Positions 1-13,100 of a DNA stretch of 64,000 nucleotides are shown in pieces. Source of the DNA: a virus; IMG/VR virus record IMGVR_UViG_3300027741_002766, positions 44,738 to 108,737 of that record. One strand, written 5' to 3'. Every line of letters starts with the position of its first letter. Position 1 is the stretch's first letter. A model generated the notes under the pieces. It ran no database searches. It worked only from the letters and a program-made list of their open reading frames with translations, and had not been told where the DNA came from. A program made the translations under genes and the position numbers.

Positions 1-375
1 ACCTACCACAATCCAGGCCGAGCCTGTCCACACATTCAACTGTTGATTTGTTGTGTCATACCATAAATCTCCGATGGTATTATTACTTGGTGCAGAAGCG
101 GCAGAGGTTGCGCCTCCAAGAGTTTTGAATCCAGTACCATTGTACACTTGCATGGTGCCGGCAGTCTTGTTCCACCAAAGTTGACCAGTTAACGGTGCGC
201 CAGGAGCAGTGGTATTGGCACCATTTTCTAATAGGCGAATAAAGTTATCGCCTAAGAATTGTCCATAACCTGCCCAGTTTTTTCCCACCAGGGTCATGCT
301 GGAACTAGTATTAACGGTACCATCTGCTACTACAGCATAGATTGCGCCATCAGTTAGTGTGATTGTATATGACAT
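1..375 (-). CDS. Virion structural protein (fibre/baseplate-associated), runs off the window start
   Basis: Hand translation from ATG 375: MSYTITLTDGAIYAVVADGTVNTSSSMTLVGKNWAGYGQFLGDNFIRLLENGANTTAPGAPLTGQLWWNKT...GDLWYDTTNQQLNVWTGSAW. GGAG SD and TAAATA upstream; P-x-x-G-x-L-W motifs typical of fibre proteins. Not in the ORF track. Confidence 0.8.
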   Translation of the reverse strand, partial: MSYTITLTDGAIYAVVADGTVNTSSSMTLVGKNWAGYGQFLGDNFIRLLENGANTTAPGAPLTGQLWWNKTAGTMQVYNGTGFKTLGGATSAASAPSNNTIGDLWYDTTNQQLNVWTGSAWIVVG

Positions 376-399
376 GTGTTACTCCGAATGTTCTATTTG

Positions 400-405
400 T
401 ATTTA
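400..405 (-). promoter_or_regulatory. Late promoter TAAATA
   Basis: CATAAATA overlapping the stop of 403..1020; resembles the T4 late -10 box TATAAATA. Confidence 0.55.
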
Positions 406-1020
406 TGCTGTAGTCAGGTTGGTAAGGGTCTGTATACGCACAGTATAGTCAATTTGTATTTGACGGTTCAAACTCTTCTGTACCGGGTGAAAAATCACGT
501 GGGTCAGCAGTCGTAGATTACTTGCGCTGGTAGTAAAGGCTTTTAGGCCCAGTTCGTCAAACACATATTCGCCATTAAAATTGGTCGAATTGTCAAAGGC
601 TTGTTGTCCTGGCGGTTCGCCGTAGTCCAGCAAGCAACTGACCAAGATATCAGTATAGGGCTTGCCCGATGTGTGTAGCACTTCCATGTAGTTGTTGGCA
701 GGATCTGAGTCGGCTACTGAGTTATCATCAACTACTTTGGCGTAGGTTTCGTTGTAGAGATCTGCGTTTTGTCCGGTTGTGTTTGGGGGTAAGTAGGTGA
801 TAATCCCAGTGGGATCCACACTAGATCCGCCGTTGCCAAATGCCATTTCGTATATCCAGCCGCCGCCCTGGGCACTGGTTCTGTTGCTGAGTGTTTCAGC
901 CAGGCTGATACTCATGTTTTCATAATGGATAGCATTCTTTTTGTCCACAAAGACTTCGCCCGAATTGGGATCAAATATTTTGACAAATCCTTCAATTTTT
1001 ACCAATCCAGAAGAAATCAT
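403..1020 (-). CDS. Conserved virion structural protein (baseplate/tail region)
   Basis: 205-aa ORF in a structural operon; ATGA overlap with the upstream small ORF. Confidence 0.75.
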   Translation of the reverse strand: MISSGLVKIEGFVKIFDPNSGEVFVDKKNAIHYENMSISLAETLSNRTSAQGGGWIYEMAFGNGGSSVDPTGIITYLPPNTTGQNADLYNETYAKVVDDNSVADSDPANNYMEVLHTSGKPYTDILVSCLLDYGEPPGQQAFDNSTNFNGEYVFDELGLKAFTTSASNLRLLTHVIFHPVQKSLNRQIQIDYTVRIQTLTNLTTA

Positions 1021-1163
1021 GCTCGTGTCTCCACAAAAGTTTCCTGGGTTTTTGGATCAAAAATCTTTACAAAACCCACAACCGAAACTGATCCAGTTTC
1101 ATTGGGTCGTTTGGGCTGTGCCGCGGAATTGGTTTGTTGTGTAACAGGTTGACTATTTTGCAT
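1017..1163 (-). CDS. 48-aa small protein resembling the N-terminus of the downstream gene
   Basis: MQNSQPVTQQTNSAAQPKRPNETGSVSVVGFVKIFDPKTQETFVETRA. TAAATA lies 6 nt before the ATG and its TGA overlaps the ATG of 403..1020. Below the ORF-track cutoff. Confidence 0.75.
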   Translation of the reverse strand: MQNSQPVTQQTNSAAQPKRPNETGSVSVVGFVKIFDPKTQETFVETRA

Positions 1164-1169
1164 ATGACT

Positions 1170-1175
1170 TATTTA
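1170..1175 (-). promoter_or_regulatory. Late promoter TAAATA (leaderless type)
   Basis: GGTAAATA-AGTCAT-ATG. Confidence 0.6.
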
Positions 1176-1184
1176 CCTTGTGAT

Positions 1185-4100
1185 TTAGCCTCTAAAAAAC
1201 TCGGCCGCTGGTGTGGTAGAGTCTTGCAAAGGTGTGCCAGTTGTGGGATAGACTCCAGCACCGTACCAGCCCAGTCCTTGACGAACTTGTATCGACACTT
1301 GATAGCCCTGAGCAGGTGCTGTGTCAAATTCCACAGTTACCGGATTGTCAACGGTCACAGTGTAACCACTGGTTTGTAACAGTCCGCCCACATATACCAA
1401 CACACATTTCTGGGCAAAACTCAGTCCTGGTGAACTAAGATCAACATCTGCTGTGAACACTGTGGTTGCACCATCTGCCAAGGTGTTAGATCCCACGTAG
1501 TGATCTTGGTACAACACCGGTGCTAGATTGTCGCGATTTAGATTGTAAACCACAGCATCAGTTACGTGTGCGGCTGCGGCCGTTCCGGCAGTACCTCTCA
1601 GGAGACTGCTCACAGTATTGGCGATCAAATCTCGTTCACGATACATGATGCGCTCACCGTTTACAGTCAACACACCCCATATATTGTTGGCCAAGTCTGG
1701 TTCAGCAAGAGCACCAGCATTGTCCACATACGCTACGTCATCATCAATTGCAAGATCTTGAGTTAGTATGGTAGTAGTGGCTGTGGTCATTCTGTAAGAG
1801 GCCTGTACTCCACGCATGTCTTGGAAGATACGTAATTCAATACCAGGATTGGGCTCGTTCTCAAGGATAACAATCACAGCACCGTTGGCAGGCGCAGTAT
1901 TAAAAGTGACTGATGATCCAGCAAAAGTATAAGTGCTTGCGGCAACCACAATATTATTAATCGCCACCTCTACATCAGTAGCACCTGCAGGAACAGCATA
2001 TGGTCCAGTGGTAGCGCCATTACCGGTATAATAAGTTATTTCACGTGAGTATACCCGCAAGTCCAAGGTGTCAAATATTGCACCCGGTACTAGTTCTTCT
2101 GGTGCATGACTTTCATAAGGGCCCACAAACTCTCCGCCCACAACATTGATGTCGGTGGCTCGGGTTCCTAGGTAAGGATCCAAGAAAGAACTTTCATATG
2201 TGGCATCCAGGATGCCTAGATCGTATGTGGGCTGGCCATCAGGACCATAAGAAATATTATCAAACGGGCTGACATCAAAGTTACCTACGTCAAATCCAGT
2301 GTTTTGTGCAAAAGAGGGAGCAGCCACTTGTACTCCAGGATAGTCAACTCCGTCAATCAATAGTGGCAGGTCCAACCCTGGTTCGTTAGGACCTGGTACA
2401 TAGAAGCCCATGGTGCGATCAACGCCACTCAATGAACTGGCTGCCACTGTGGTCCAGTTGGCAGGATCAAATGTGGATGACGTCACAGTTGTGTTGGCTG
2501 ACCAGACACGATTTACGTAACGTACCTGTTTACCAGTTGTGTAAGTAACATTAGGCTCCCAAGGCACAATAGTAGTTGCGTATTGATAGCGATCATACTT
2601 GATGGTGGTGTTGATACTACGCACCAATTTGTTGCCCATCACAGCCACAATCTGCCCACCTGTGCCATTGCCACCTGTGATTGTGACTGTGGCAGTGGTA
2701 GTATATCCCGATCCTGGATCGGTAATGATCACTTGATTGATATGTCCTGCACTATTCACTGTGGCCGTCATCTGGGCCGGAGTGGTACAAACACCCGAGA
2801 CTGTGAGTTGTGGTGCCACAGTATATCCTGAGCCACCGTCCACAATGATCACATCTTGTATGCTGAGAGCATAGTTTTCGAACCAAAAACTATAAGGTTG
2901 TGTTTGCCACAGTGTGCTTGAAGGTGCAACATCACTATAGATACTGGCGTGTCCGGTACCTTGTGCAGTGCTTAGATCGTAGGGAGTCAAAATAGGACTC
3001 ATGTACTGATTGGGCACTTGTGAGTTGTTGTAGAACGCTGGCAAATCAAAGTCGGCCATACTACCTTGATACGCATCAAAACCATTGTAGATCAAATTAA
3101 AAGCCCGGATACTCACATGATAAGGTTTGACTTCTTTGATATAATTCAACACAAAGTCTTGATTGTCCTGTTGATAGGTTTGATATGGCAGCAGTTGTCT
3201 AACCTTGTGATCAACATCAATCAAACTGGTCATGTTCAACCATCCGGGTGCTTCAAATTCGCTGAGTACAAAATTAAACATCAAGATCAAGGCACGATTG
3301 CGTTCAATCAATAGTTCATCAATCAACAGTTGTTCATTGATGGCCTGTATGATTTTGCGTGTTTCGGTCACAGGTTCCTGGTCAAAGTGCTGTGCATCAA
3401 AAACTTCAACATCAAATCCAAAACGTCCCAGTGCGTAATCCCACAGTTCAGTCCGGAACTGTATGGTACCATCTTGTAGACCCACGCGATCCCATCCAAC
3501 ATCTGTTCTTAGATAGATTTCAAATTTACCCTGGCTGTTGGCAGTGACCTTGACACTACTGCCCACAGGCGCCTGAGCCACACTCAGCGTGGCAAGATCA
3601 GCATAGTTGGCCACCTGGGCAATGATCTTGGTACTGGAATTGTATCCTGGGCGATACCAGGTCACATATTGCCAGTAATTTCTAGTGTCATAGTTTTGCA
3701 CACGAGTCAAGAACAAGGTATCAAAAGTTTTGGCGGCTGTCACAGCATAAATGGTCCACAAACCATTTTGAGTACTGTCGCTGGCCACTAGGTATAGATA
3801 GCCCACTGGCACCTGGGCTAGGTCTTGATAACTCAATTGTTCAATATTGGCCACACGTTTGTTCCAGGCACCCAACCCGGCTGCTGGCTCAGGATCACTG
3901 CTGTTCAACAGTGCAAAGTTGCGAATTTCCGATATGGGATACTGCAACAACACAGCATTCACATACTCTAGATAGTTTTGTAAAGCCAAGAATCTATCAG
4001 CAAACATGCTCTGGCGCGGACGGAATTGCACACCGTAGCGCAGGGCTGGACTCAGTGTAGGGTCAGGCACTAGATTGCCCTGTGGATCTGCGCCGCAAAA

Positions 4101-7100
4101 ACTGTCTTGAAATTTCTGATAGAGATTGGCGGGCAGGAAGGCTTCGGCACGGTCTTGTGGTAGAAGATCATACTGCACATGCACATTGTCGTCTGTGAGT
4201 TGTCTATCAAATTCAATACTGAGCACTGTGTCTTGGGCACTGATCAAGTCAGTGGCATTGTAGATGGCAGTGGCACTGGCGCTGACAAAGGCCACATAAG
4301 GAATACCGCTGGCACGGGGGTCAGCGATATATCTGGCTATGCCAGTGGGACTAAGAGTTTTTCCTGCTGTGCTATTGATTGTGGTAATATTTTTTACCCA
4401 GAAATAATATGTAGTTCCAAAAACTCCTGTTGTGGTGAGACCAGTGGTCACGCTGTAATTGGTAGTGGTTCTAGGTGTGCCAGGACCTGTGTAGTTGCCT
4501 GGTGGCACAGAACTTGCAGTCCACTGATAAACATCCACACTACTACCTGGGAATATTTGACCCCATCTGCGAGCCGCGTATACAATGTCATCTTGATTGG
4601 GATCAATGAATCTCACGGAATTGGTATCCCACCAGATTTGTCCTACCTGTCCGACAGCCCAGATTCGTCCATTGTTGTTTTTGGCACCCACGTTGTAGGC
4701 TGCAGGATCCACAGCACCAGTGTAGTCAATATTTTGTTGCGCGGCACCTAGAATTTTGCCTTGTAATGGGTCAAAGAAATCAAAGAATGCAGTCTTGGCT
4801 CCAGTGATGCGATCATATGAGAACACTCCGTTGATCAAGGCCACATCTACCACTGGTTGTTGAACATGTGTGACTCGCCAGGCAGGAGAAAGATCTGGAT
4901 TGTTGAAAATGGACACTTGACCTGCATTTGAGTTGCCAGTAGGACTGCCTGCCAACAGTATACCATTGGTATAGTCAACTGATGCGCCATATTGATACAA
5001 CTGCTGAATAGATTGATCGTATACCTGTTGACCAAATGCAAATTTGCCAGGATTGCTGACTGAACTGTTGGTGCTGGCAAAATAATCATATGTGTATACA
5101 GCGCCACTTTGTACCAATGGCCCACTGAACGTTGTGGTTTTGCTGTCAAAGTATGTGTTGCCACCGTCAAACGTGTTGGGGCGATACAGGTTGCCACGTG
5201 GGGCACCCACAGTAAGAGTCAACGCACTGGTATCTATTTTCACAGCACTGCCAAAGGCAGCATAGGCCGCTGGATAGGGACTCTCAATGGTTTGAGTGTA
5301 AACAAAAGTTTCAAATCCCATGCTGGAGAAAATGTTTCCAACTAGGCCAGGTAGCACAGTCAATTTATTACCTGCTACCGCGGCATCCAAGTTCTTGACA
5401 CTTATTGTAAGCAGACCAAATGTCTGTGTTCCTGCGACCCCAGCATAGGCCATCACATTGGGCACTGTGCTAGAATTGATATTGTAGGCCAACTGTGCGG
5501 CCCAACTACTGGGTTGCCAATATGTGGTATCGCCCAGCGATGTGCCTGTTGGTACTGCTCTGACGGCCACATATAGACTTGAACTGTTGATAACTATGGT
5601 TCCGACTGTGTAGGCCGAACCAACTAACCAGGCAGCAGGTGCGGTCAAAGCCACTTCCTGGTTGTTGATTCTGATAGTATCGCCTGGAGTCAATGTGGCA
5701 TTGATAGTTGATGTTGTGATACCATACACACGACTTTGATTTACTTGACGTTCTACCAAGCCTGCGCCCGGTAACACGCTGCCATCCTGAGGTGCTCCCA
5801 CATACAGGCTACAGTTGTAACGACAGAGGTCCACTGCCTGTCCGTAGTTGGCGCTGGAAGTAGGAGCATCGGATCCAATCTGTTGAATCTGATTGAATGT
5901 GTTGACTTCGACTACCAGGATGTCTCCTACCGCAGCCGGAGTGGTCAAGGTGATCTGATTGCTTCCAGTCACTGTGTATTGGCCATCAGGGTTTCCCGCA
6001 GTGTTGATCAGGAATTGATTGTTCAATGAAACTGATGTAGGAGCAACCAATGAAGCATCCGTTTGATATACAGTTTGTGTGGCACTGGTCACAATAAATT
6101 GTTGCACTGATCTATCATAGACGTAAACCGATCCTGCATAAGTTACACCATTGTAAGTGTTGTTGGAGCAACCAATCATGACTTGTCTGCCGTCGGTGCC
6201 GCAACTGACTGACTGACCAAATCTTGCATCGGCTGCAAGTCCGCCTGGTGCAAGTGATGTGACATAGTTATAATAACTTTGAGTTGTTACACCGATTGTG
6301 CCAGTTGGAGCCGCTGTGAATGTTATATCTCTAGTGGAATTGCTGAATGTATAATCAATTGTGGGTCTTTGAACAATTCCGTTTACTGTTACATTGAAAC
6401 TGTAAATGTTTAGAGCAGAGTACAAATATTCATTCAACGAAAACACCTGAGTGATGCCATTGCCTGTGAATGTTTGAGCCACACGACGACCAATCTTCAG
6501 TTGAAGATCTTTGACCGGAGTTGAATTCAAAACCACACTGTCTGCAGTCACAGTGTAGTCAGTTGAATAAGTCAACAGTTGATTGTTTAGCACCACAAAT
6601 AGTTGTTGATATGCTCCAGAATCAATCACTATGTTGTCGCTGTAGTTGTAGGAATAGGAAACTCCGTCAGTGATATAAGTTTCCAGTTGAGTTTCAACTG
6701 GCACCAATCCGTAAGCAAACACTTGATTGATTCCTGGTGCACCAATGTACATCCAGTTTTCATCTGCGCTGATAGCAATGCTGGTACCAAATTCACTGGC
6801 TGAATTTATATAACTGGCATTGGGCACTGTCAACAGATTTGAAATAGCAAAACTTGGGCTGTTAGGGAATCTGTAGATCACAGCCACATAGCCAGAGTTA
6901 GCACTTGAGTCGGCACCAAGGCTGGCTGGGGCACCCACTGCGCCCCAGGTTTGATTGCCCACACTGACTGCGGTGCCAAGGCCATACACTCCTACTGCAT
7001 TGGATTGTAACAAACTGTTTTGTGTGAACGGATTGGTTGATGTTCTCACATAGGTATAAAGTGCACCAGCACCAGAATTGTAGCCTGGGCTACCTACAAA

Positions 7101-10100
7101 TGCAAACACATTGTCTCGGGCCTGTGCGACACCAGCGCCAAATTTATTGCTGGCCACTGACGGAACCACGGTGAGTTGTCCACTGGTATGGAATACCTCT
7201 TGTTTTTGCACAACCTCCCACAAACCTGCACCGTTGTTGTCGATCCAGGCACGATCTCCTGGTATCAAGTCATTGGCATACGGCAAGGTAATAATGTCAC
7301 TGCCCTGAGCCACTCGCTGACTTTGTAGAGTAAATGCTGTTCCTGTTCCTGTAGCAACGATTTGATCTTGTTGCAAGAATGAGAATGACACAGTGACTTG
7401 ATTGATACCAGGCACATTCAGCACAGTGTATACACCATCTGCACCTGATCCAAAGTACTTGAGCAACAGTATGTTGTCTGCAACCAAGCCGTGTGCTCGA
7501 TTAAATCGGATTACCGACGTACCATTCAAGTTGCTGTTGATTTGCGTGACTTGCGCAGGTATCTGGGCAGTTCTGTAAATTCCCCAATCATAGTCATTGA
7601 TCTTGGCCACCCATATTATGGTACCCACATTCACGTTGTTGAGTTCGGCAGCCAAACTAGCAGTGTTGTTAATGTTGAACACAGTGATGTCAACATCGTC
7701 TACATTGACATATCCTGCTGACGGCAATGCTGTGTCAGTTTTCTTGACCAAGGTTGTGGTCAAAATATCGGGTGTGGTTATTCGATAACTTTCAGCCCAG
7801 AGATTATCAACATAAACGGTTTGTTGTGCAAGACTTGGTTCGTCAGGTATGGTCACTTGAATCAAACTGGGATTTGAAGTTAGCAATGCTTCGTTCAATC
7901 TCAATTCATAAAAACTCTTGTTGGCATTGGCCCCGTACGTGCCGCGTTGTATGGCCCAGTTTTCGTAGATATTGTATTCAGATACTCCGCGACCAAGATC
8001 AGCAAAAGTAAAAATTTCTGCGGCACGAACAGTGCCCTTGGTGCCAAGAAATTGCCTATAGAGATTTACTTGACTGGTGCTGTCAAGATTCAGTGCCACC
8101 ATGTACTCTCTGGGCTTGAACCCAATCAAGTTGTAGGCAAACAGATCTTGGTTGATTTCAAGATTGGCCTGATACACATCATAACTGTTGGCCAACTGAT
8201 CACTCTTGTTGGACAAATTGGGCAATAGGCCTTGTTGTATCTTGGTATAGTCACTGCGTGTCCAGTAGTTGAAGTTGAATTCTGGGCTGGGTTGCACAAT
8301 ATCAACTGCACTGTAGTAGAAGTTTTTGTACAACACAATCTCGCCGCGAGCATACTTGCGCAAGGGATCCCACTCTTTCACATTGTTTTGATTGAGTATA
8401 AATCCAGGAGCGTTCAATTGACCGTTCCAATTTTGTGAGGTTGAACCTATCAGTCGCACTCGATTTTGTCTAGCACCTGTAGCAGGATAATAGATCAAAT
8501 CCGCAAAGATACTTTGATTGTCCAACACTACCATGTTTTCGTATGACGTAAACTTGATGTGAAAATAGTTTATAGTATCGGCTGTTAAACTTTTCAATGT
8601 AAATGTATTGTCCAGTCTTTCCACCACAAGATCTCTTGTGGCAAAAGGAGTACGTTCTGCATTGAGTACCATGTTTTCTGTGGTCTGTAGTGCAATACTG
8701 TCCACAATGGCTCCTGGGCGCTCTACTATGACCTGTGTGGCTCCAGGATTCAAATTGATAATACTGCCTTCGGCCCAGCCTTGACCGCTCCAGTACAAGA
8801 ATTCGCTGACCATCTGATTCCAGTCCAGCATGTAACCGTTTTCCAGTTGGGTAAACAACATGCCTTGCTGTTGCAATAATGCACCATAACTCAACAAGAA
8901 ATCGGCTACCAAGGTTCTGTTGGTAAACACATAGCCATAAGGAACTTGTACCACCCGGTTGGTGTAGGTCACAGGCACACGCACTTCATATCCACCGGCA
9001 TTAATAGTGCTTAACACTCCATTGACACGACTGACCAAGATATTAAAGTAAGGTTGTGTGGTGCTGTACCCATACACTGCCCAGCCATTGGCAGTTGATT
9101 GTACAATTATACTGCTGTAGGTCAACTGATCAAATGGCACATTCTTGTAGAACAACAAGTTGTAACTTTCGTCGGGCAACAACAAACTCGAATTTAGACT
9201 GTTGGGACTGGATTTTTCAGTGTAGATCTGCAGGAGATTTTTGCCCGAAAATGCTGCCATTCGGTAGCACAGTCGCACATCAAGATTTTTAAGATCTGCT
9301 GTGAGAGTGTCAGTTGAGTTGATTCCGCTGATTCGATTGTAGTCCACAATCCAGTCAATGTAACTGGCCTTGCTGACTCCATTGCCATACACTTCAATGC
9401 CATTGGCATCCAGTCTATAACGACCATTATAAAGATATTGTCCCAGTTCTGGATCATAGCGATACAAATCACGATCAGCAAACAAACTAAAGAATTCAGC
9501 AGGACGTGTGAGTGCCAACAAGCGCATGATAGCAAAGGGGTATGCACTACTGGTTCGCCAGGCATTTTCGACAGGAGCATCATCGCCTACTGCCCAATTT
9601 CTTTGGAAATTGTTGCTGTTGAAATTGCCCACCATGACTTCAATTGGAGCCAGTAACAGGCCTTCACTTGAGGAAGGAATCACTTGTGTCAGTTGAGGTC
9701 TAGCATACTGAGGCAACACATAAGGTGCAATCGGATCTCGAACTAGACCAGCAGCCAAGTCGTCCCACAGCACCAAGTTGCCTGAGGTGTAGGGAGCAGG
9801 ACCATACTCGGCTTCCCACCATGAGGGCATTACTGTAAATCCCAACATCTCCCAAGGTCTTGTGTTGGGACTTGTGGTATCATAAAAGTAGTTGTAGATA
9901 CCGCGCCAGGCGCCCACAGCCAATGGTTCATTGTTGTTGAGTTTGTTACCGGCTGTGCTGTAGTTCCAGGTAAATGCATTGGCAGCCCGGTAATCTTGAG
10001 ATTTGTAATCCAATTTGTTCCAGCCCACCCAGGTCAAGAAGTCTTGACTTTCTATTTGGGTGATTTCTCCCAGTGTATAATCTGTTGTACGGAACTGTCC

Positions 10101-13100
10101 TGGCACAACTTCTGTTGCTGTGAGCGGCACAGGGTTGCCATCCAGTTTCAAGTTGTTGTAGATTCTGGTTTCAAATTCCAACAACAACTGATCTCGATAG
10201 TCATCAAACGCCACAGTGATAGAACCATCGTGTCCTCGAATCACTCGTCTAGGCTCAATGTAGGTTGTGTCCAAATATATCTCTGGAACAAATGCTGGAT
10301 ACAGTCCCAATTTGGTGGGTGTGTTGGGTATGAATGTACCGTAGGTTTCGGAGTATTCTTGTATGACCACTTGATCGCCCACTACCAGTGGTAGCAACAC
10401 AGTGAGTGTGGGTGCATCTGTTGAAACTACATATTCAATACCTCTTGTGAGCAAACGCCCATTCAAGTATACCAGCAGTCCAAGATAGTTGGCTGAGGTG
10501 TAGTTGTAGACCTGCGTGGTGTCAAATCTCTGCGTGGTAATTGCAGTGACCACTGTGGTTGATTCAGTGTAGGTATTACTGGCCGGTATCATGTCCGACC
10601 AATAGAAAGGATTGGAACTGGTACGACCCGCAATGAGATCAGTAATGATTGTGGTCAATATTTCAGACACCGTCATGTTCATATAGTCGCCAGTGACAGC
10701 GGCATTCAGCAACTGTGCTTTGTATTTTTCGTATTCTCTTGAATTGTATTCCAGACTGGCAAATATATTATAATCCGCGCTACGCAGAAAGTAACCAGCC
10801 ATGGTCATTGGTGCGCTTTGTTGTAAAATGTTCAAGCCAAATGGCACAATATTGCCAAGGTCACGCGAGTTGTTGGCACCATTGATTTTTCCCGTTAGAC
10901 CCACAAGATTTTGTCCTATCGAATCATAATGACTTCTAATAGTGCCCAAGGTAAGATTGTTGGCATTTTGATTCAACGGATTATTTTCAAGATTCACAGG
11001 CACTTGATAAAACGCCACTGCACTCACTTGGTTGCTCAAGACCAAGACCTCAATCACTTGCCCTGGTACAATCACTGTGTTGGCAGGAAATGTGATGGTT
11101 GTGGTATTATCGCTGGTTACATAGGTATATGAGCCCGGGTCTTGGAACGTGCTGTCGACATAGACTTTGACTGTTGGAATGGTAGTCACCGGCAAGGCAG
11201 CCACATCCAACAACAATGGTGTGTTGGCCGCATAAGTGAAACTAAACTGTTGATAGATTTTGCTCTTGACTGCGGCAGTTTGCCAACCAATTTCTCGTTG
11301 GTAAACTGTACGGTCAGCATATTGTCTTACAAAACCTGTACTGACATTTTTTGTATAACTTACATTGTCCTTGACATAAAGAAATGTATCTGCATAAAGA
11401 TTGTTGTCAAACACAATATCGCCAATGTTATTGATACTTAGGTATTGCAGAGGAAAGCCCAATACTGTGTCATTTGCGCCCGGACCAACTGCATAACTAA
11501 ACAATTTGGATCCTGCAAATGTACTACTAGGGTATGCCACAGGGTTGCTTAGACTATAACCATTGCTGTCATAGACGTCAAATAAAGGTGCTTGATTCAC
11601 TCCTGTTTTTTGTTGTGCTTGAACCCACTGTGATCCATCGTAATAAAAACTTATGCCTTGCAATGTGTTGCCGCTGAGACTGACCACTGTTTGATCAACC
11701 AAGACATCAGCATCGCTTGCTGGTACTAGATCAATAACTGGAGTATCACCTTCCACCAAGGTAACAAAATTGACCACATAGATTTTATCTCTTACATTGG
11801 GATCTGTGTCTTTGGCAAAAATAACTCGGGTGCCATTTATGAAATTGTAACCATCCACCCCATATCCCACAGTTCCATTGACAGTGCTAAAGGCATCGGT
11901 TGTGACAAAATCAAGTATGTCCACAGGTTGTTTGCCCTGTGTACCCATTTGATACAGTCGTGTGCCACCGCGGAATTCCAAGATAGGACGCCGTGCTCTG
12001 AAAGCATTGTCCAGTACAGGGGTGGTATTGTTGTATGTGGCCGAGGCTGTGATCACATCCACATGGAACCAACGGTTACTGCGTGTCCAGGCATTGAGGT
12101 CTGGACTATCTAATGCTATGGTTAGATAATCTGGCACCAGGGGTTGATTTAGTTCAGCATCAAAGTTGGTTGAATCAAAGGATGTTGAATCAAACGGTAT
12201 TGTTGCGCTTTTGGTATATGTCTCCGGAGTGACATAATTGGTCACTGGCAGCAGTTGAATAGCAGTACCAACTCCAGCCACGTAGTAGTCACCATTGGCA
12301 TAACTGGCCGGCACCACAGGTGCAAGAAACTGCACCTTGAGATTGTTGGTAAACACCACGCCATTGGGACTGGTATAATTTTTCTTGCCCAGGATATCAG
12401 TTGCCACATTAATCACCGTGCTACTGACCTGATCAATCAGTCGGATTTGACCAAAAATATCTGGATTTGTTCCATCCTGATACCACAGTACATCTTTGGC
12501 TGCTGTGAGTAATGGAATCTCTGCAAAATAGCCGTCAGCATCACGATACCACGATGTGCTGGCCCATTGTGTACCAAACAGCACAGTGAATTTGTTTAGG
12601 TTAGGACAAGGTCTTTGAACACTAAGTTGTAGAATTGGCTGGCCATTGTTGTCATATTGATAAGTGATCAGCCACACGCTGTAACGTGTGTCAGGATCTG
12701 TGATTGGCACAGTCTGATCAAACACTAAACTATCAAAACTGCCTGGAAGACCATTGTTGGCAGATGCCTGCTCTAAAGGATCAAATTGCGAAGTTATCAA
12801 CCAACCACCATCCTGTGCATCGGCGATTTGATTGGTGAATACCACTGTGCGATTGTTGAGACTTGTGATGCCATCAATGCCACCGTACTCGGCCAAGAAG
12901 TCCGACAGATACACATTGTTGATTTGGTCAAATTGTAGATTGGTCAACAAATCTACTGTGCCGATGCTGTTGAGATCGTAATAGAACTGCTGAGCATTTT
13001 TAAATGGCACATCAAAAGAAACAGTACCAAGGTCTTCACCATTGTTGGTCACTCCCAGCACATCTCTACTGGAGATGTTGGGAGCATAAGGAAGTCGACC

